Shown one piece after another: positions 13,151-25,992 of a DNA stretch of 64,000 nucleotides. Each line of letters begins with the position of its first letter. Position 1 is the stretch's first letter. The translations under genes and the position numbers were made by a program. This DNA is from Protoeuglena noctilucae (lineage: Eukaryota): contig OY253679.1 in NCBI GenBank assembly GCA_958009085.1, positions 620,001 through 684,000 on the forward strand, read 5' to 3'. Under the pieces are notes generated by a model, which was given only the letters and a program-made list of their open reading frames with translations, was not told the origin of the DNA and did not search any database.

Positions 13151-13491
13151 GTGGTCCTTACCAACTCGCCAGCATCCGCACGTCCCGAAGAGACGCCCCC
13201 AAAATCACGCCTGGCGCCTTGCACTCGCGGGCTAGTTCCGGACTAGCCCATCTGCCTCTCTTCCGCGGCCACGCTCATCTGCACGGCACCGAGTGTCTGC
13301 GCAGCGCGTCCCGGGACGGAGAAACCGCATGCGGACGACAAATTCATGAAACATCTTCCTGGCGCCAGCGAGACGGTTTCGCGCGGCGGCCCCTCGAATG
13401 CGCGGGCCGCTTCCCTCCCCCGGCCTCCCCTCTGAAGCTTCGAGGACGTGGCCACTTTGGGAAACACCCCGCTCAGGTGTTGAGGACCAGA

Positions 13492-14249
13492 ATGGCCGAC
13501 GGGTGAGTTGCGCGCGCCTTCCCGTCGCTGAGGGGCACAGGAGTCCATCTGGTTGATCCTTCTCGCCAGTCGTACCCGCGGAGGCTTCGTGTCGCTTGCC
13601 CGGCGTCCGGACGAACGAGGATGGCCTCCGCAGGCCGCTCTCCGACGCTCGCGGGCCGGCCCCTGGCAGAGAGGCTTCTCCTGTATGCTCTCTGATTCCT
13701 GCCTCGCCTTCCCCGCCCGCAGAGAAGCTGCTGCCCCCGCGGTCGCCGCCCCCGCCCCGGGCGAGCCGATGGACCTGCACACGGCCCTCAAGATCGTGCT
13801 CAAGAAGGCTATGGCCAACGACGGTCTCTGCCGCGGCCTGCACGAGGTCTGCCGTGCGATCGAGAGGGGCGTCGCCCAGCTCTGCGTCCTGGCCGGCAAC
13901 TGCAATGAGGCCGACTACGTCAAGCTCATTGAGGCGCTCTGCACCCAGAACAACGTCAACCTCATCACTGTTCCCGAGAACAAGCAGCTCGGGGAGTGGT
14001 GCGGCCTGTGCAAGATGGACGCCGAGGGGAACGCGCGCAAGGTGCGTCGGGGCAGCGCGCGCTTCCTTGTGGGCATGCTTGGCGCCAAATGATAGCGAGG
14101 ACGATGCACAAGCGATGGGTCCGCTGGAGCGATCCGCCGCGCTCCCCGTCGGCGCGCAGGTGGTCGGGTGCTCGTGCGCCGTCATCACCGACTTCGGCGA
14201 GGACACCGAGGCGCTCGCGATCCTCAAGCAGCACATGTCGTCCAACTAG
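13492..14249 (+). CDS. RPS12: 40S ribosomal protein S12 (eS12), 3 exons
   Basis: [90 protein letters not shown]. Confidence 0.95.
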
Positions 14250-14704
14250 GATGCCGTTGCATGCCGGGACGGGAGGTTGTGGGCCGCGGCTCTCCCGGAG
14301 GGGTGGTTGAAGCTCGCGGGGCGTTGGCATCGCTCGCAGCGGCACGAGCTCGTAGCGGCTCTAGCTGCCGCTGGTCAGGCGTGCATCACGACAGACATGG
14401 GCACATTTTTTTGTCTCCACGCGCTGGAGCAAAGCTCAGTGCGACGCTGTCCAGGCTGGCACCGTTGCAGGTCTTGCGCAGAGTGAAGAGGGTGCGAAGC
14501 TGCGCGATGCGGGCAGAACGCAGGCAGTGTCACCATCGCCCCCTGCTCCCCCAGCGCGTTGTGCACCCACCTCTGTCCACAGCCCGTGCGGACGTGCTCT
14601 GCAGCCCCGCAGCAATCGCGGACCCCCGCGTTTTCACCCGAAGACTGTGCTTTACACAGAGCTGGTTCAGCGGGCAGCGTAGCGCGCCGCGCGGGGCCAG
14701 GAAC

Positions 14705-16572
14705 ATGGACCGGCTGAAGAGCGTCCTGGCCGCGAAGAAGAAGGAGACTACGGAGAAGTTCGGGGAGAAGAAGTTCCTCAAACGCGCTGAGCTAGAGGCT
14801 CAGAAGGCAAAGCGTCCGAGGGAGCAAGGCGGGGCACAGGAGAACGTCGAGGAGGTGGGGTTCAGCCCGGCGCGCCTTGTTGCGTGCTTGGTGCTCCGCC
14901 TCTGGCACGGATGGCCGTATGATGGACCCGGCCCTGACTCCACCGCGTGCAGGAGTCAAGTAAGAAGTCCCGGGCCGAGAATGCCGACGCTCCCTCGCCC
15001 AGCGGGAGGAGCGAGGACCAGGAGACAAAGGTGGGGGCTTCGCTCGCCCGACGTTGCGCGTATGACCTCCTTGAGGACCCAGGCTATTCCGTGAAAACAA
15101 GATGCAATGGTCTGCAACGTCGCGGCCCGCAGACCTGCGTGGAAGACGTGGTGCGGAGGCTGCGGAAGATCGGCCAGCCCAAGACGCTCTTTGGGGAGAC
15201 GGACGAGGACCGGTTGAGGCGCTTGCTGAAGTGCGAGGCGGAGATGGTCGTGGACGAGCTGGATGACCACGGCGTGACGGGGAAAAACGTGCTTAAGGCG
15301 AGGAAGGGCCCGCCTGCTGGGGCACCGGGGCACAGCTGCGGCCTGCCCTGATGACTTCCGCGTCGCTGCTCGCAGGTCATTGAGGAGGAGGAGGAGGCGA
15401 TGCGGAAGCAAATGGCGATGCAGAAGGCGGGCCAGGAGGGCGACGAGGAGTCGATGCCGCCCCCGGAGCCGGTGGACCCCGTGAAGGCGGCGTTTGAGCG
15501 GGCGGCGCGCAAGCTCCGGGACCAGAAATCCGACGAGCTGCCCCCCGACGACAAGGTCCTGTACTGGCTGGACCGCTGGTGCCAGGTGAGGCGCGGATCG
15601 CCTCCAGTCCGCCTGCCTCCCTTTGCGGTCAGAGGCGTGAATCAGGAGAGCGCTGCGCGACTGGCTCACCACGTGCGGTGCGTGACGGTTCCGCAGGAGT
15701 GGAAGGAGGACCTGGACGCCCGTGACGTGGCGGCGAAGGAGACCTCCCGTGGCAAGCACGCCACCAACCTGTACAAGACGTCGATGATCTACTTCCGCCC
15801 GCTGCGGGAGGAACTGGAGCAGCGCACGCTCAAGCAGGACGTGCTGATCGGGCTCATCATCATGGTCGACGCCATGCGGTGCGTTTGCAGCGAGACACCC
15901 GTTGATACTTCATCCTCCCGACCGGCACAGAGTAGACTGGCTCCCTGCGCCCCGCGCCCTCAGGGACCGCAACTACCGGGACGCCATGGATGCCTACATC
16001 AAGATTTGCATCGGCAACGCGGCGTGGCCCATCGGCGTGACGCAGGTCGGCATCCAGCGCATGGCCTCCCGCGACAAGATTAAGGAGGTGAACGCGGGCA
16101 AGACGTCGAGTGCGCACATCATGTCGGACGAGGCCACGCGCAAGTGGCTCCAGGCGTGGAAGCGCCTCATGAGCGTCGTGCAGCGGGTGCACCCGACAGA
16201 CCCCTCTCGCGCCGTGGACTTTGGGGCCCGGGAGGACGCGGGCTGGGGCGCCAAGGGCCGCGGGAGCGTCAAGGCGGCGTTCCAGGAGGCCAAGCTCACC
16301 GAGGCGGAGGAGCTGGAGCGGTGAGGGCGGTCACGTGGCAGAGGATGCTTGACGGGCATGCCTTGCAGTTGGTCACGTGCGGAGGCGTGGTGGCTGTACA
16401 TGGACCCTTGCCCAGCACGAGAGCGCGTGTTCTTCCTCGCAGGGCCAAGGACAAGGTCAAGGTGTTACAGAACGAGAAGGGGGAGGTGCTCATCCCTGAG
16501 AAGCTGTCCTTCACACTGAAGAAGGGACAAGAGTGGCTCAAGAACCGGGACATTGGGCCCCAACCACAATAG
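14705..16572 (+). CDS. PRP18: Pre-mRNA splicing factor Prp18 (PRP4-like SFM motif plus Prp18 domain), 7 exons
   Basis: VVRRLRKIGQPKTLFGETDEDRLRRL (SFM); RNYRDAMDAYIKICIGNAAWPIGVTQVGI..AHIMSDEATRKWLQAWKRLMS. Confidence 0.9.
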
Positions 16573-16702
16573 GGACCGAGCCAAGCATTTGCGCGCAAAG
16601 ATGCCGGGGTTCCTCTGCAGCCCCACCGCACCGCAGGGACGGTGCCGGACACGCTCGGCGCTAGCCCATAAGCTCCGTCTTTGCCCTCTGGCGCATCGGC
16701 GC

Positions 16703-17903
16703 TCATGCCCTCTCCTTTCGATCGTCCGAGAAGCAGAAACACACCCTGCGCAGGAAGCTCTTGGCGGACGTGCCCTCGCCCTCGTGCTCTGCGTGGGGAG
16801 CACGTCCGGCCATCGCATGCCGCTTACGTGGTCGTGGCAGGCGAGCCACTTTGCCATTGAAGCCACAGTAGTCACGCGTGGCGCACGGCACGCACCCGCG
16901 GCTGGGCTGGTCGCCGGCTCCTCAGCCGCGCCCTCCGCGGCCTTGGGAGCGGCGGCCGTGGGCACAGCCGTCGACTCAGGCGCGGCCGCCGGTGCCTCCG
17001 CCGTCTTCGTCGGCAGAGCCGTCTCCTCGGCGGGGCTGGTGGGCACGGCGGGCGGGCTCACGGGGGCGGCCTCCTTCGGGGCCGGAGCTTCCGGGGGACC
17101 TGCCGCAGGCGGTGGGGCAGCCTCGGCCTTGGGCGGCTGGCTGGGGCGAGGAGCCTGCGGGTCGGCGACGCGGGCATATGAAAGGGCGTACTTGCGCTGC
17201 AGATGCTTGCATGCTAAGAGGCCTTACTGACACACCGCCCCCCGTGCTTGCCTGGGAGCCGCCCCGCAAGAAGGACTGGGCGTACCCGAGCAGTCCTCCC
17301 GCGCGCTTCTCTCCCTGGGCCGGCGCCCCACCACCCTCCGCGCCCACCATCTGCTCCACGGCCTGCGCATGGGTAACCGCTTGGGCGCCCACTTGGCGCA
17401 ACCCCCGTGACGCACACCCGGCGCCCTGCAGGCGTTCCATTCAAGCAAAAACTCTCACCTTCTCCGCATAGCTCTTGGCCTGCTCTTGGGTGCTCTTGTC
17501 GAAGCCCATCTTCTCTGCCGCAGCCTCCGCGCCCTCCCCCGCGTACGCCTTCAGCTTGGCGGCGCTCGTCTCGGCCTCGGGCTTCTTCGGCTCGGGTGCG
17601 GGGGTAGCGGCCGGAGCGGCCGGGGCGGCAGGGGTGGCCGGAGCAGCGGGGGCGGCAGGGGCGGCCGGGGCAGGGGCGGCAGGGGAGGCAGGAGCGGCGG
17701 GGGGGGCAGCCTGCAGCCAGCCAAGTGCGGGTGTCCATGGAGCGCGCTCGCCGCGAGTGGCCCCTTGCAAATGGTCCTCTCAAGCCCTCAATCACCTGCT
17801 GCGCGGGGGGTGGCTGGGGAGGGGACGCCACGGGGAGTGCCACCGTGGGCGGGGGCGTGGCCGGGGCTGCCGCGTCGCCTGCGGGCGGGCGAGGAGAAGC
17901 CAT
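16703..17903 (-). CDS. Hypothetical Ala/Pro-rich protein
   Basis: Exons encode MASPRPPAGDAAAPATPPP.., (PAA)n repeats, KLKAYAGEGAEAAAEKMGFDKSTQEQAKSYAEK and ..AKSFLRRVCFCFSDDRKERA*; canonical splice signals. Confidence 0.45.
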
Positions 17904-18281
17904 GGGCGAACGAGTGTCCTTGCTGTGCAAACGTCCGCGTCGTCGAAGGGATGGTGCGGATGGAGCGTCCCGGGGAAAGTGATGGCTGCCTCGGGAGTTC
18001 GGGTGCCGGGCGTCCCGGACGAGGCTTCATGGGCCAGGATTTCGGGCTCCACAGTTTCCATGGTTCTCAATCTTACCCATGATGTCGGCAACGGCTGGTT
18101 GGAGCGTCGACGCGGGCCGCGACCGTCGATTCCGTTCGGACCGGGAGTTCGGGGTGGCTTCGCCAGCCGAACCGCTGCTCACGCTACGAATTAAACGCTA
18201 GCATCCTCTTGCTTTCGCTCATCACCCGTCCCGGTCACTGGGCCGATGAAACACTGCCAGTTGCATGTTCCCATGGGCCAG

Positions 18282-19548
18282 CTAGACCTCCCCGAGGGCC
18301 TTGCCGCCCAGGAAGCGGACCACCTCCACCAGGGCCTTCTTGAGCGCCTCGGCAGCCGTGCCCAGGTTCTCCAGGAACTCCTCGTGCGTGGGCCTGCGAG
18401 GACCGACGGGGACGACGCCCTTGGGCTGTGTGAGGCGCGGACTGCATCGCACCGAGGGCGGTCGCCAGCCGCCCACCTCGTGCCGTCCACGATGTCCGTC
18501 ACGGCTTTGATGCAGAAGAACGGCGTCCCGTGCAGCTGGCACGCCCACCCGACCGCCGCGCCCTCCATCTCCTTGCACGCGGCGTCGTTGGCCTTCATCT
18601 GCCTGCGGGAGTGCACCAGCAGGCGTGCTGCCTCATGTGCTATGGCGACAGCCCGACCGTCGGCAGGGCGGGCTCCCAGGGTGTTGACAAGCTGGACCTT
18701 GCACGGCGGCAGCCACGCCTGCCACGAGCCTCGCCGCACCTCATGTCGTCCTCATTCCAGTCCAGGGAGTTGCCGGACGAGACGACCCCGGCCTTGATGC
18801 CCAGCGCCGCCTGTAACTTGCTTGTCGGGTGGCAAGCCAGCTTGCAGACGCCGTACTTGTCGAACCTGCACGTGGAGCACGGGCGAACCAGTCAGGGACG
18901 CCCAGGACAGCCCCACCAGGCAGAGAGCTGCCTGCCGATGGGCACGTGACGAACTACAGAACGCGCACCCGGGGATCTGGATGCGGCGGTCGTGGTTGGC
19001 GACGCCAGTCGAGACGTACACGTCGCCCACCCGGCCCCCGCACGCCTGGAACCCGCCACACGTCCCCGCGTTGATCACGATGTCCGGCTTGAGAGCTTCG
19101 ATTGCGAGGAAGGTGCTCAGTGCGGCCGGCACCGTCCCCACGTTGTCCACGCCGAAATCGGACGACTTGCCATTGCAGACGATGGTCACGCGGATGGGCC
19201 CGCCGGGCGTGTCCACGGACCCCGAATGCAGCACCGCCGGACTGCGGAGCAAACAGAGCGGCCTGACATGCATGCGCGGGGCATCGCGAACGCCAATCGC
19301 GGCCCCAGCCGCCAGCATGCGGCATGCCCGCCCACCAAGCTTTGGGCAGGCCCGCGCCCGTCTCTGGGCGCAATCCCAGGATCTCCACCGTCGGCTGGGC
19401 CTCCGCCTCCATCGCTATGGGGCGGAAAACGGCGTGGCGGTGAAACGCGCAGGCCGCTATCTGCGCAGACGATCCGCGAAGCCATCCATGGAGCCTCGCG
19501 AATCTCCTGCAACTAACCTATGATGATTACGACGTGCTGAATCGTCAT
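18282..19548 (-). CDS. MTN: 5'-methylthioadenosine/S-adenosylhomocysteine nucleosidase (plant type)
   Basis: MTIQHVVIII|AMEAEA..GVDNVGTVPAALST..PDIVINAGTCGGF..HDRRIQIPG|FDKYG..SSGNSLD..KEMEGAAV..KAVTDIVDG|RPTHEEFLENL. Confidence 0.9.
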
Positions 19549-19871
19549 CTTGATAGAATGGCGGCCACCGTTGCACGAGGGCCCCGCCTTGATCAGCAAA
19601 GCCTGCCAAAGGATCAACGCCACACAGCACGACAGCGAGCAGCAGCTGAGGACGGCTGCAATTATATGGCTCAATTTGCCAGCATGAACACCATCTTCCT
19701 GGCGCGCAGATTAGCTGTTGTTGCTGCTGCTCGGGCTGACACTGGCATGCCAGTCGGTCGGGTTAAAACGTATCCTTTTTTTTCTCTTCAAGGCTAATTA
19801 GGCATTAGTAGGCAGCAATCAACGACTACAGCTCCTTCTTGCAGCCAACCACGCGCACCGCAACACTCGGG

Positions 19872-22409
19872 TCACTCTGCGGCCTGGGACCTGCTGCCCA
19901 GCAACTCCTCGGCGAGCGCCGGCAGCCCTCCCTCGCCCATGGCACGCAGCGCCGCCAGCACTTCGTGCTCGACCACCGACACCCCCGCCGCCCTCAGCGC
20001 GTCCGCCACGGCGGCCGCCCCCGAGCCCCCCGGCGCGGCCCCCGCCCCCGCCACCCCCAGCAGCGCCTCCCGCACCGCATCCTCCTTGCCCCGCGCCTGC
20101 TCGCGCATGGACGCCACCGCGCGCGCCCCGTCGGCGGCCGGGAAGACGTCCGGGTGCTGCTCCATGAACCGCAGCGTGAACTCGTCCGCCTCGTAGACGA
20201 AGAAGATGCGCTTGTGGACCTCCAGCGTTGCGCCCACGAAGAGGTCCCCGGGCCGGTACACCTCGGTGGATTGCGGGCGGTAGACGCGGGAGCGCTCGAG
20301 GAACTTGCCGCCCACAATGCCCGAGTTGCGCACAGGCGGCTCGTAGACGCCCAGCGTGTCGTCCGCCAGGAAGTAGCTGAGCACGAAGCGACGGTCCGCG
20401 TCGGCGTGGGACTGCGGGGCAAGGTGGGTAATAGCGGGGCAGCGTTGGGCGCTCAGGTCGCAGCTACGGCGCTGACGAGGCCTTTGCGACGGTCACGTGC
20501 GGACCAGGAAACCCCCAGTCCCTGCGTGGCTCACCAGGGGCGCGTGGTCGTTGTCAACGAGGCGGCAGACGAAACGCAGCACGACCTTGTCGAGCGTCAT
20601 TTGCTTGAGGAAGTCGGCCTTGGGCGGCTTGGGCACCAGGGACAGGCAGTTCTGCAGGGAGTCCTCCAGGGAGCCGTACCCGTTCCACTCGGGCACCACG
20701 AGGGGCGCCAGGGGGGCGGGGTCCTCGGCCACCTCGAGCGGGCGGAGCTCCTCCTCACTGAAGCCGTACTCGCGGGCCAGCACGGCGCGCGTGAAGCCGT
20801 CGCAGTCGTAGAGCAGGAAGGGGCGGCCGTGCACGTGGATCGTGTTGCCCAGCCGCATGTCCTCGGGGCCGTAGCAGTCGTCCCGACGCGTGCGCACCGT
20901 CACGTCGAGGCGCGAGGCCGAGCCGCGCGGGAGGCGCGAGCGGCGCAGGAGGAGCGGGAAGGGGTCCCGGCCCGAGTTGGGCTCGTTGATCTCAAGGACC
21001 TCAACCGTGTTGTCCTCCAGGTACATGTGCACGATGTAGGGGCGGCGGTCGCCGTACAGCCGGCCGCGGTCGTCCCACACCGCAAAGAAGCGGAGCACGC
21101 GGCGGTTGTTCTGCAGGAAGCTGCGGCGTGTGTCCTCCTCCAGCACGCACGAGGGCTTGCCCAGGCGCGCTTCCACGAACCGCGTTAGGGAGTCGTTGCT
21201 CGGCTTGGGCGGCGCGCGCGTCTTCTTCTGGCGCGTCGCGTTGTACACGTCCAGGGGGCTGTCGGGGTACGGCTGCGGCACAGCGACAGGCTGAGGATGG
21301 CACGGTGGAGCCAGCGGGGCGCAGCTGCATGAGGCCACCCGCGCGGGCGGAAAACTGAGAGGACTGGGAGGAATGAGAGGACTCAGCTCACCAGGGCCGC
21401 GTCGAGAGGCGCGTTGTTCTTCGCATAGAAGTCGCGGGTGAAGGCGTCGGCGTCCACCACGTAGAACACGCGGCCATAGATCTCCACCTCGGCCCCCACG
21501 GCGAGGTCCCGGGGGGTCAGCGGCTGCCCGTCCGCGCGCGTGGCCCGGTGGCGCTTGACGAAGATCCCCTGGGGCATGCCCGAGTTCTCCTGGCGAGGCT
21601 CGGACACCTGCGCCGAGTCGTCCTTCAGGTAGTAGAGCAGCACGACCTTGCGCACGCGGTGGTTCTCGATGTGGGACTCCGTCACGGTCTCCTTGAAGTA
21701 CCCAAAGAAGCGGAGGACCTGCGGGCGAGCGAGGCAGCGAGGGAGTCTGCCAATGGGCCCGGCAACACCAACGGGAGAGTACTTGCGTCCTGTCACAAGC
21801 GCAGGCTCTTAGGGTCGCGACGCAGGGAGCACGCATGGCACCATGCGCACGGCGACCCTTGCCTTGGCGTCCAGCGCCGCCCAGCGGGGCATGTCCTCCC
21901 GCTCCAAGTGCCCCGTCATCTCTAGAGACTCCGCAGGCGTCGGGACCGTCTCCTTCACCCGGCCGGTGGGCGGGTCGACCACAATGTTCGGCGTCCCGTC
22001 CTCATCCTTGCCACCCATCGCACGCAGCGTCTGCCGCCTGAAGTAGCTCTTCGTCACATCCACCTGCGCGAATACGAGACGGAGAGCGGGCTCGCGACGG
22101 AGCCGCGGAGCACGCTGGAGAAACACCCGCAGAAGTCGCGATGTTGCCTTCCCAGGGGGCCTCTCGCATACATGGAGTAGTTCAGGCGGCACGTGAGGAC
22201 GCTCCGGGTGTTGGACCATCACCACGTGCCCCCCCATCGACCGCCAACAGCTCCCGCCCGCGGGACCGAGTACATGCTCTGGGGCCGACCAACAGGCGCT
22301 CGGAACGGCGCGACGATGGGGACAGGGTCAAGTCACCGCTTCCAAACGTGCCATTTCTCACCGGAAAGTTGACGTTGAAGCCCGGCAGGAGCGGGAGTGT
22401 GCCCGTCAT
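19872..22409 (-). CDS. RIB72: Axonemal microtubule inner protein RIB72/EFHC1-like (three DM10 domains)
   Basis: MTGTLPLLPGF; three DM10 units: VLRFFGYFKETVTESHIENHRVRKVVLLYYLKDDS, VLRFFAVWDDR..YLEDNTVEVLEINEPNSGRDPFP, VLRFVCRL..YFLADDTLGVYEPPVRNSGIVGGKFLER. Confidence 0.9.
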
Positions 22410-23084
22410 CGTTCCCGACCCCCCCCACCGCGTCGTCGACAGTTCACGCCAAGAGAGCGGGTCTACGCCTGCATTCCATACACCACGCAAGCGCTACGCA
22501 TACTGGCTCCTCTCCCCACGCCGCCACGGCGAAAAGCCACGCCAGTCAGACACACCTGCCCGACAGCCCGCTCGCTCGCGCAGCCAGGGCGACTGGGGCC
22601 ATCCGGCGTCGCATTCGTGCACCTGGGACCGCTTGCTCGTCGTGTAGTCCATAACGTCGCCCGCGTTCCCGCATCTCCGTGGGCATCTTAGGGGGAGGCC
22701 CTGGCACGGATCCGCGCCGCCCGCGCCGTGTTGGGACGCCCTGACCTCTTCATTCGGCACTCGCGGCATCGGGTCAGGGACGGTTAGGGGCTGTGCGACG
22801 CGAGCCAGGCGGGGGAAGGCACACTCCTGGGAGCGCTCGTCGCACTAATTCGTGGTGCCGGCTTCATTTCCGCTCGTCATCTGCCTAAATCTCGTTCATT
22901 CCGACGTTTGTTAGGCCGTTCGCAACGCTTCCCGCACCGGAAGCTCCCCCCCGCACGCCGGGCGGAGTGGCCCGCCGTGTGCGGCTCTGGAAACCCTGGC
23001 CCGCCCCTCCCGCAGCGCCTTAACGCACGCGCCCCGCCTTCCATGAATGCCCGCAGGCCGTCTGCTGAAGCGAGGGCGCCCGCC

Positions 23085-25476
23085 ATGTGGGCGTTCGTGG
23101 TGCAGCGCGTGGCGGCCTCGATGCAAGTGGCCGAGGCCCTGCTGAGCCGTTCGTGGCCGGGGGCGGGGCCCGTCGCGTCGGCGGCGCTGACGGCCGTCGC
23201 AGTCGTCATCGTGCCGCTGCTCGTCCTCAAGTCCGTCCACGACCTCCTCGCCTTCCTGGCCCACGCCCGCCAGTGGGCGCGCCTGCCGCCCGTCACGTCC
23301 GGTTTCTGGGAACCCTTCACCGGCAACGCCCTCGAGATGGTCAAGGGCATCTACGGGTGACACCCGCGCACGTAACGAGCGGCGCTGGCGAGGCCACCTT
23401 CGCGTGGCAAGCTACCTGGGCCATCCTGGGCACTCGTGCGACTTTCAACCCAATGGCTGCGGCCCCGCAGGTTCAACACCCTGGGCCCATGGGACGTCCT
23501 CGCGCGCTGGACTCGCGAGAGCAAGGCCGCGCTGTTCCGTTTCCGCGTCGCCCAGCGCCTGTGCATCGGCACGGCGCACTGGGAGGCGCTGAAGCGCATC
23601 TACCAGACGCGCTTCCCCATCTACCAGAAGGACCTGGAGTGGTCGTTCCAGGAGTTCATCGGCATCCTCGGCACGGGCATCGTGACGTCCCACGGGGACG
23701 CCTGGCGCCAGCAGCGCAAGTTCATGACGCCGGTTCTCAAGGACCACATCCTCAACATCGTGCCGCGCGTCTCCCAGGCGGCGTTCGAGCGGCTCGCCGC
23801 CAAGCTCGACGCCCACTGCGGCGGGGAGGTCGAGATCGAGGAGGAGTACCGCCTGGTCACCCTGCAGGCGAGTCGAGCGCGTCCCTCGTCATGGCATGTG
23901 GGAGATACGAATGCTGGCCCCACCGTCACGCCAGCCCCAGTCCCACGACAACCCAACCCTGATGCCAGCCCCACTATCACCCATCCCTGTTTTCTCACCC
24001 ATCTCTTCACCCTCGCCAGCCACCGCATCCTCACAACCCGTCACCTCTGCACCCCCACCCCGTCCCTCCCAGGTGATTGGCGAAATCCTGCTGTCCCTGC
24101 CCCCCGACGAGTGCGACCGCGTCTTCCCGGAGGTCTACCTCCCCGTCATGGCAGAGTCCAACCGGCGTGTTCTGGCGCCCTGGAGGCGCTACCTCTTCTT
24201 CCTGCCCGAGTTCTGGCGGTACTCGTCACGGCTTCGATTCCTGGACCTGTACCTCAAACGCATCATCGCGGCCCGGTGGGCGGCGATGGAGGCCGCGGGG
24301 CCGGCGCCGGCAGCGGGGGAGGCGAATGGCAATGGCGGGGTGCCGGGGGTTAGTGCCGGGAGCGCCGGGGCGCAGGACGGGGACTTCCTGACGCAGCTGA
24401 TCGCGGAGATGCGGTCGCGTGGCATGGGGTGGTCGAAGGAGACGGAGGAGCAGCTGTGCTACGAGATGAAGACGCTGCTGCTGGCGGGGCACGAGACGAG
24501 CGCGGCCATGCTCACCTTCGCGACGCACGAGGTCTTCTCGGCGCCGAACGCGCTGCGCCGCGTGCGGGAGGAGGCCGACGCGTGCCTGCCGCCCCCGGGC
24601 CAGGTGCCGGAGCGGGGCCAGGTGGACCGCATGGAGTGTACGCACGCAGTGCTGAAGGAGACCCTGCGGAAGTGGTCCGTGGTGCCCGTCATCACGCGGT
24701 GGGTCGCGGAGGACGACGTCATCGCCGGACAGGCCGTGCCCAAGGTGGGGGGCACGCAGGACGATTGATGCGGAGTTAGGGTGGCGGGGGCGGGGACTTG
24801 CTGCCTGGCCCGTCTGCGTGGGTCGTGTTGTCGATACCGGCTTGCTCACGTGCGCAGTTGTGGCGCTCGCGGTTGCGGTGGTGGTGACACGTGACTTGCC
24901 AGCCCGCTTGTGCGTGCGATGCCACGGTGGCAATGCCTTACGGCGTGTGCTTGCAGGGGACGTTCGTGCTCATCTCCCTGCTGGGCGTGCACCACAACTA
25001 CTGGAAGGACTCGGAGAGATTCGATCAGAATCGCTTCCTGCCTGGTGGGGAGTACGACCAGTTCCCGGACGAGATGCGGCCCTTCATGTTCGTCCCGTTC
25101 TCAGCAGGGCCCCGCAACTGCCTGGGGCAGTATTTGTCGCTGGTGAGGCGTGGCGACGCGAGCTGGCGCATTGTGGGTGGTATAGGCGCCTGCCAGGTCA
25201 TTGTGCATGGTGTGTGGTGTGGGCAAGCACTGTGCCTGGCCCGCATCTCTCCTTAGCCAGACCATGGCTGGCGGTGGCGCTGAGTGCTTTTCACGCCATG
25301 TTATGTGCGTTCCTCGGTCACAGATGGAGGCGCGGATCGTGTTGGGCCGGCTGGTGCAGCGCTACCACCTGACCCCGGTGTACAAGGAGGTCGTGCGGTC
25401 GAGGCTCGTCATCCCCGTGGCCACGGACGGCGGGCTGCACTTCAAAGTGGAACGCAGGGACGAGGGGAAGCAGTGA
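23085..25476 (+). CDS. Cytochrome P450 (family uncertain; resembles algal CYP745-type from memory), 5 exons
   Basis: N-terminal membrane anchor; WRQQR helix C; LLAGHETSA helix I; KETLR helix K; heme motif FSAGPRNCLG. Confidence 0.9.
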
Positions 25477-25992
25477 GGCGCAAGCAGAGGGGCACGAGTG
25501 GCATGGGTGTCCGAGTGGGCAGGGGCGCTGGAGCCGTAGAGGCAGAGCACGGCTGGGATGCGGGATGCATGGCGCCATGGTCGTGCTGACCGAGGCACGG
25601 AGGTGGCCGTGGCTATACGGGGTGACAGGCGGGGGTTGTGACTGAAGGGGGCGGGGTTCAGAGGTTCTGTGGTCGGCTAGCGTGACGGGCGATGGTGGGG
25701 CCGTGGGGGTAGCATTGGAGCAGGGGTGCGATCTTGGCGCTAACTGGTGGGTGATGCGTGGGAAGCGTTTCAATGTAACGAAGGCTTCCTGGATCCTAGG
25801 GCAGCGCAGTGAGGTTGAGGTCCCAGCAGACCTCCACGCACGTCGCTGTTGCTGCCTGTGAGATGATCACAAGCCCGCAGTCGCAAAACCGAAGCATTAA
25901 CCATCGATGGTCGGGAGTCGCTTTCCTGGGATGCAAGCCTGGCAAGCCTCGTCGCTCGCCCACTGCCCTGCGCTCCCGTTGCGCGTCACGAG

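Noticed and set aside
13547..13570. rRNA gene or rDNA fragment
   Set aside because: Similarity is limited to about 20 nt; the flanks are not 18S and lie within the RPS12 intron
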